DNA of 35,689 nt from a virus (Duplodnaviria; Caudoviricetes). The notes under the pieces are model-generated. The model saw only the letters and a program-made list of their open reading frames with translations, ran no database searches and was not told the origin of the DNA. Positions 33,042-35,689 of the stretch are shown here, in pieces; position 1 is the stretch's first letter, and every line of letters begins with the position of its first letter. The position numbers and the translations under genes were made by a program. Location of the stretch: the IMG/VR virus record IMGVR_UViG_3300043443_000316, positions 1 to 35,689 of that record; one strand, given 5' to 3'.

Positions 33042-34906
33042 AAACCATCACTGCTAGCGAGATCGCGTCCCGCCTGGCTGACCGCGCCGAAAGCGTCTGC
33101 CGATGGTTGCTTCCGAATGGCAAGCTCAGGTCCGGCGAGTGGTGCGTCGGATCTACCGGTGGCGAGGCTGGGGATTCGTGCAAGATCCGCGTGACCGGCG
33201 ACAAGGCCGGCCTCTGGGCGGACTTTGCAGGCGACGTGAAAGGCGACCTGCTCGACCTGATCCGCGAAACCCGGTCGTGCGGGATGGGAGAGGCGATAAA
33301 GCACGCCAAAACCTTCCTCGGCATTGTAGACCCTGAAAACGTCGTTCCGGCTAAGAAGTACAGAAAGCCGACAAAAACGCCGCCACGGGCCATCCAGAGC
33401 GCGGCGCGGGGCATTCCTGAAGACGACGCCATTGCCTATCTTGAGGGCCAAAGGAAAATTGCATCAGGCACCTGTCATCGGTTTGGGGTCTACGGTGCTG
33501 GTCGGGACATCGTGTTTCCGAGCATGTCACCGGAGGGTGAATTGGTATCGGTCAAGTACATCGGGTTGGACCGGACACCAGACGGCAAAAAGAAGATCCG
33601 GCAGGAGGAGGGATGTGCGCCGTGCTTGTTTGGGTGGCAGGCAATGCCGCCGGATTCCCGCTACTGCATCATCACCGAAGGGCAAATCGACGCCATGACA
33701 TGGGCGGGGTTTGGATGGAACGCCCTGAGCGTCCCGAATGGCACTGGGGACGTGGAAAAGTGGATTGAGTACGAATGGCCAAACCTTGAGCGATTCGACC
33801 GCATCTACCTGTCTTACGACGGCGACAAGCCTGGGCGCGATGCAGTGGCAAAGGTTGCCAAGCGTCTCGGAGTCCATCGGTGCTTTGACGTGCGCCTTGA
33901 AGGCCACAAGGACGCCAATGAGGCTTTGCAGGCAGGGCAGGGTCTAGACTACTTCCGGTCCGCTCTGGATTCGGCTGGGACGTTCAAACCTGCTGAGATC
34001 ATTTCGCCGAAGGACGTGCAGGATCAGGTGATGGATGAGCTATTCCCTGATCCAAATGCGCCCAAGGCATTCATGCCGGATACGCTGGGAGGAAAGATCG
34101 CGCTGGATCGAGGCGAGCTGACCATCTGGACCGGCATCAACGGACACGGCAAAAGCACGTTGTTGTTTCAGGTCGCGCTTGAAGCGTGCGCAGCCGGTCT
34201 GCCGGTGGCCGTGGCATCAATGGAAATGCCTGCCCGAAAGTTGCTCGCGCAGTCGGTCAAACTCTGCTCAGATCCCAAGTGGAAGGTCGAGCACCTGACA
34301 AAGCCTCGTGTTGAGGCCGTGCTTGAATCACTGGTTGGCCGCATCTGGATCTTCAACGTCCTCGGCACCATGCAGCGGTCCAAGCTGACCGAGCTTATGG
34401 CCTACTCCGTGGCACGGTACGGAGTCAAGATGGTGATCGTCGATAGCCTGATGAAGTTGGATGTCGGCGTTGATGATTACGACGCGCAGCGCATGGCGAT
34501 CAATGACCTGAAGGCATTTGCGGAAGAGCACCAGATCCACATCCACCTGGTATGTCACCCGCGCAAACAGAAGGACGAGACGGTTCCGGCTGGCAAGATG
34601 GACATCAGCGGATCCGGGGACATTACCAATGGCGCGGACAATGTGCTGTCGGTATGGCGCAACAAAGCCAAGGAACGAAAGCGCGAGTCAGGAGAGCTTA
34701 CCGACATGGATGACATGACCACGCCAGACTCAATTTGCTATCAGCAGAAGGCGAGATGGGCAGGCGACGAGCACACCGTCCCGCTTTGGTTTACCAAAAC
34801 ACGCAGGAAGTTTGTCACTCGATCAAAGATCACCGGACCCAACGGTCAGCCGATTCCGTTGGTCCCAAACCTCACAACTTACATCGAACGCGAAAGGCCG
34901 GAATGA
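33038..34906 (+). CDS. Primase-helicase (Toprim plus SF4/DnaB-like, T7 gp4/Twinkle type)
   Basis: TTG start with GGAGG; ITEGQIDAM, YDGDKPG and KDANE Toprim motifs; GINGHGKST, IVDSL, HPRK and ISGSGDI..AD helicase motifs. Confidence 0.9.
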   Translation: MKTITASEIASRLADRAESVCRWLLPNGKLRSGEWCVGSTGGEAGDSCKIRVTGDKAGLWADFAGDVKGDLLDLIRETRSCGMGEAIKHAKTFLGIVDPENVVPAKKYRKPTKTPPRAIQSAARGIPEDDAIAYLEGQRKIASGTCHRFGVYGAGRDIVFPSMSPEGELVSVKYIGLDRTPDGKKKIRQEEGCAPCLFGWQAMPPDSRYCIITEGQIDAMTWAGFGWNALSVPNGTGDVEKWIEYEWPNLERFDRIYLSYDGDKPGRDAVAKVAKRLGVHRCFDVRLEGHKDANEALQAGQGLDYFRSALDSAGTFKPAEIISPKDVQDQVMDELFPDPNAPKAFMPDTLGGKIALDRGELTIWTGINGHGKSTLLFQVALEACAAGLPVAVASMEMPARKLLAQSVKLCSDPKWKVEHLTKPRVEAVLESLVGRIWIFNVLGTMQRSKLTELMAYSVARYGVKMVIVDSLMKLDVGVDDYDAQRMAINDLKAFAEEHQIHIHLVCHPRKQKDETVPAGKMDISGSGDITNGADNVLSVWRNKAKERKRESGELTDMDDMTTPDSICYQQKARWAGDEHTVPLWFTKTRRKFVTRSKITGPNGQPIPLVPNLTTYIERERPE

Positions 34907-35085
34907 ACGCAGCAATCAACAGCAACGAGCAGGAGACACAACAACGTCTAGACCGAATCGTGGATCAGCGCATAGAGTTCGGGAAGTGGTGGAGAGAGTG
35001 GGCTGATACCAGGGCGTGCAATACCACGTTTATCCGCGAAGTGGCGTTTGAAGCATGGAAGGCAGCGAGAAAGGAAACCAAGTGA
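34903..35085 (+). CDS. Hypothetical protein
   Basis: Coupled overlap; AFEAWKAA motif. Confidence 0.55.
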   Translation: MNAAINSNEQETQQRLDRIVDQRIEFGKWWREWADTRACNTTFIREVAFEAWKAARKETK

Positions 35086-35249
35086 GCGACAAATGGGAGC
35101 TGGAAAACACACTGCGACGCATGCGGCTGCATCACATTCTGCTGACCAGCGAGCGTGATGCGCACAAGGAAATGCATGAGGTTGCCGCTCGTGCAGCCAG
35201 CGATATTGAAGAAGCGATCAAGAAACTCGAAAAGGAACTTGAGCAATGA
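35082..35249 (+). CDS. Hypothetical coiled-coil protein
   Basis: GTGA overlap with AAGGA SD. Confidence 0.5.
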   Translation: MSDKWELENTLRRMRLHHILLTSERDAHKEMHEVAARAASDIEEAIKKLEKELEQ

Positions 35250-35512
35250 AACACAAGAACATCAGCACAACGCCGGAGTCAGATGCTAATCGCCAGCTTG
35301 TCACCAAAGTCTGGCAGGACTGGGCCACTGGTATTGACCCAAGGCCTGAGGTTTACGTCGTGTCACTTGAGGTGGCGCGTAGACTGGAGCAGGAGCGTGA
35401 CGATGCTCGTCGCATTGCTGATAAGCTGAGGAAAGCAGCATGGAAGATCGCCAAGCTGTACTCATCAAGCGAACTGGAAAAGGCAACCAGAGAGCTTGAG
35501 GACTTGTTGTGA
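35246..35512 (+). CDS. Hypothetical protein, TPESD...ARRLEQER type
   Basis: Resembles the N-terminal module of array gene 3 (25934). Confidence 0.55.
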   Translation: MKHKNISTTPESDANRQLVTKVWQDWATGIDPRPEVYVVSLEVARRLEQERDDARRIADKLRKAAWKIAKLYSSSELEKATRELEDLL

Positions 35513-35542
35513 GCTACTTCCGTCTTGGGGATTCCAAAGGGG

Positions 35543-35689
35543 TTTTGCATGCCAATGTCGAGGCTTTTGTGGCGAAATGCTGGTTTTTATCGACCAATCG
35601 GCGTTTTTTGTGGTTTTCCGGCATTTTTTACCGGTTTTGGATCAATTAGGAGGCTCCCGTTGGAGCTGGATAACAGGTGAACGCTGCAG
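35543..35689. other. Putative packaging (cos) region including right copy of the terminal repeat
   Basis: Non-coding; phased T-tracts; ACAGGT...CGACCT across the circular junction resembles lambda cosN; directly upstream of terS. Confidence 0.6.

Larger units (their letters stand above)
1..35689 (+). mobile_element. Apparently complete tailed dsDNA phage genome
   Basis: Terminase, portal, protease, capsid, tail, recombination and replication genes are all present on one strand; 14-nt terminal repeat; no host housekeeping genes. Confidence 0.95.

Noticed and set aside
1-35689. Apparent abundance of GATC/GGATCC sites as a signature of the phage methyltransferase
   Set aside because: Cannot be tested by eye and may simply reflect codon usage; needs a Markov-model k-mer count
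1-35689. tRNA genes, integrase/att sites, IS elements
   Set aside because: No cloverleaf with T-loop consensus in intergenic gaps, and no tyrosine/serine recombinase or transposase motifs seen

Overview
This window looks like a complete ~35.7 kb tailed dsDNA bacteriophage genome (Caudoviricetes, probably a short-tailed siphovirus). Bases 1-14 are repeated at 35676-35689, and the genome opens at a cos-like site just upstream of the small terminase. Every plausible gene is on the + strand, mostly linked by ATGA/GTGA overlaps. The late half (33-20880) has lambda-type packaging genes (Nu1-like TerS, GpA-like TerL, gpW-like, portal, S49 protease), an epsilon15/BPP-1-type capsid plus cement protein, an accessory block with an SGNH hydrolase, a holin/lipoprotein cassette with no recognisable endolysin, and tail genes with a short tape measure. 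The head genes sit in two blocks swapped relative to the lambda order. The early half (21079-35512) has a Cro-like HTH gene flanked by four TTGC-N6-GCAA operators, a RecT-like protein, a DUF2800-type exonuclease, an array of small paralogous genes with shared junction sequences, a secreted choice-of-anchor-E-like protein, RusA, SSB, a fused SNF2 helicase-DNA methyltransferase, an HNH protein, an initiator with iterons and a primase-helicase. I found no integrase, CI repressor, DNA polymerase, tRNA, CRISPR array or reverse transcriptase. The most interesting non-coding signals are a P4-CI/P1-C4-like loop-loop RNA switch upstream of the replication operon, a second structured element at the late/early boundary, and a shared 13-bp box ahead of both head-gene transcription units. 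A Gram-negative, possibly Verrucomicrobiota/PVC host is an inference only. All family assignments come from motif recognition by eye, not from database searches.
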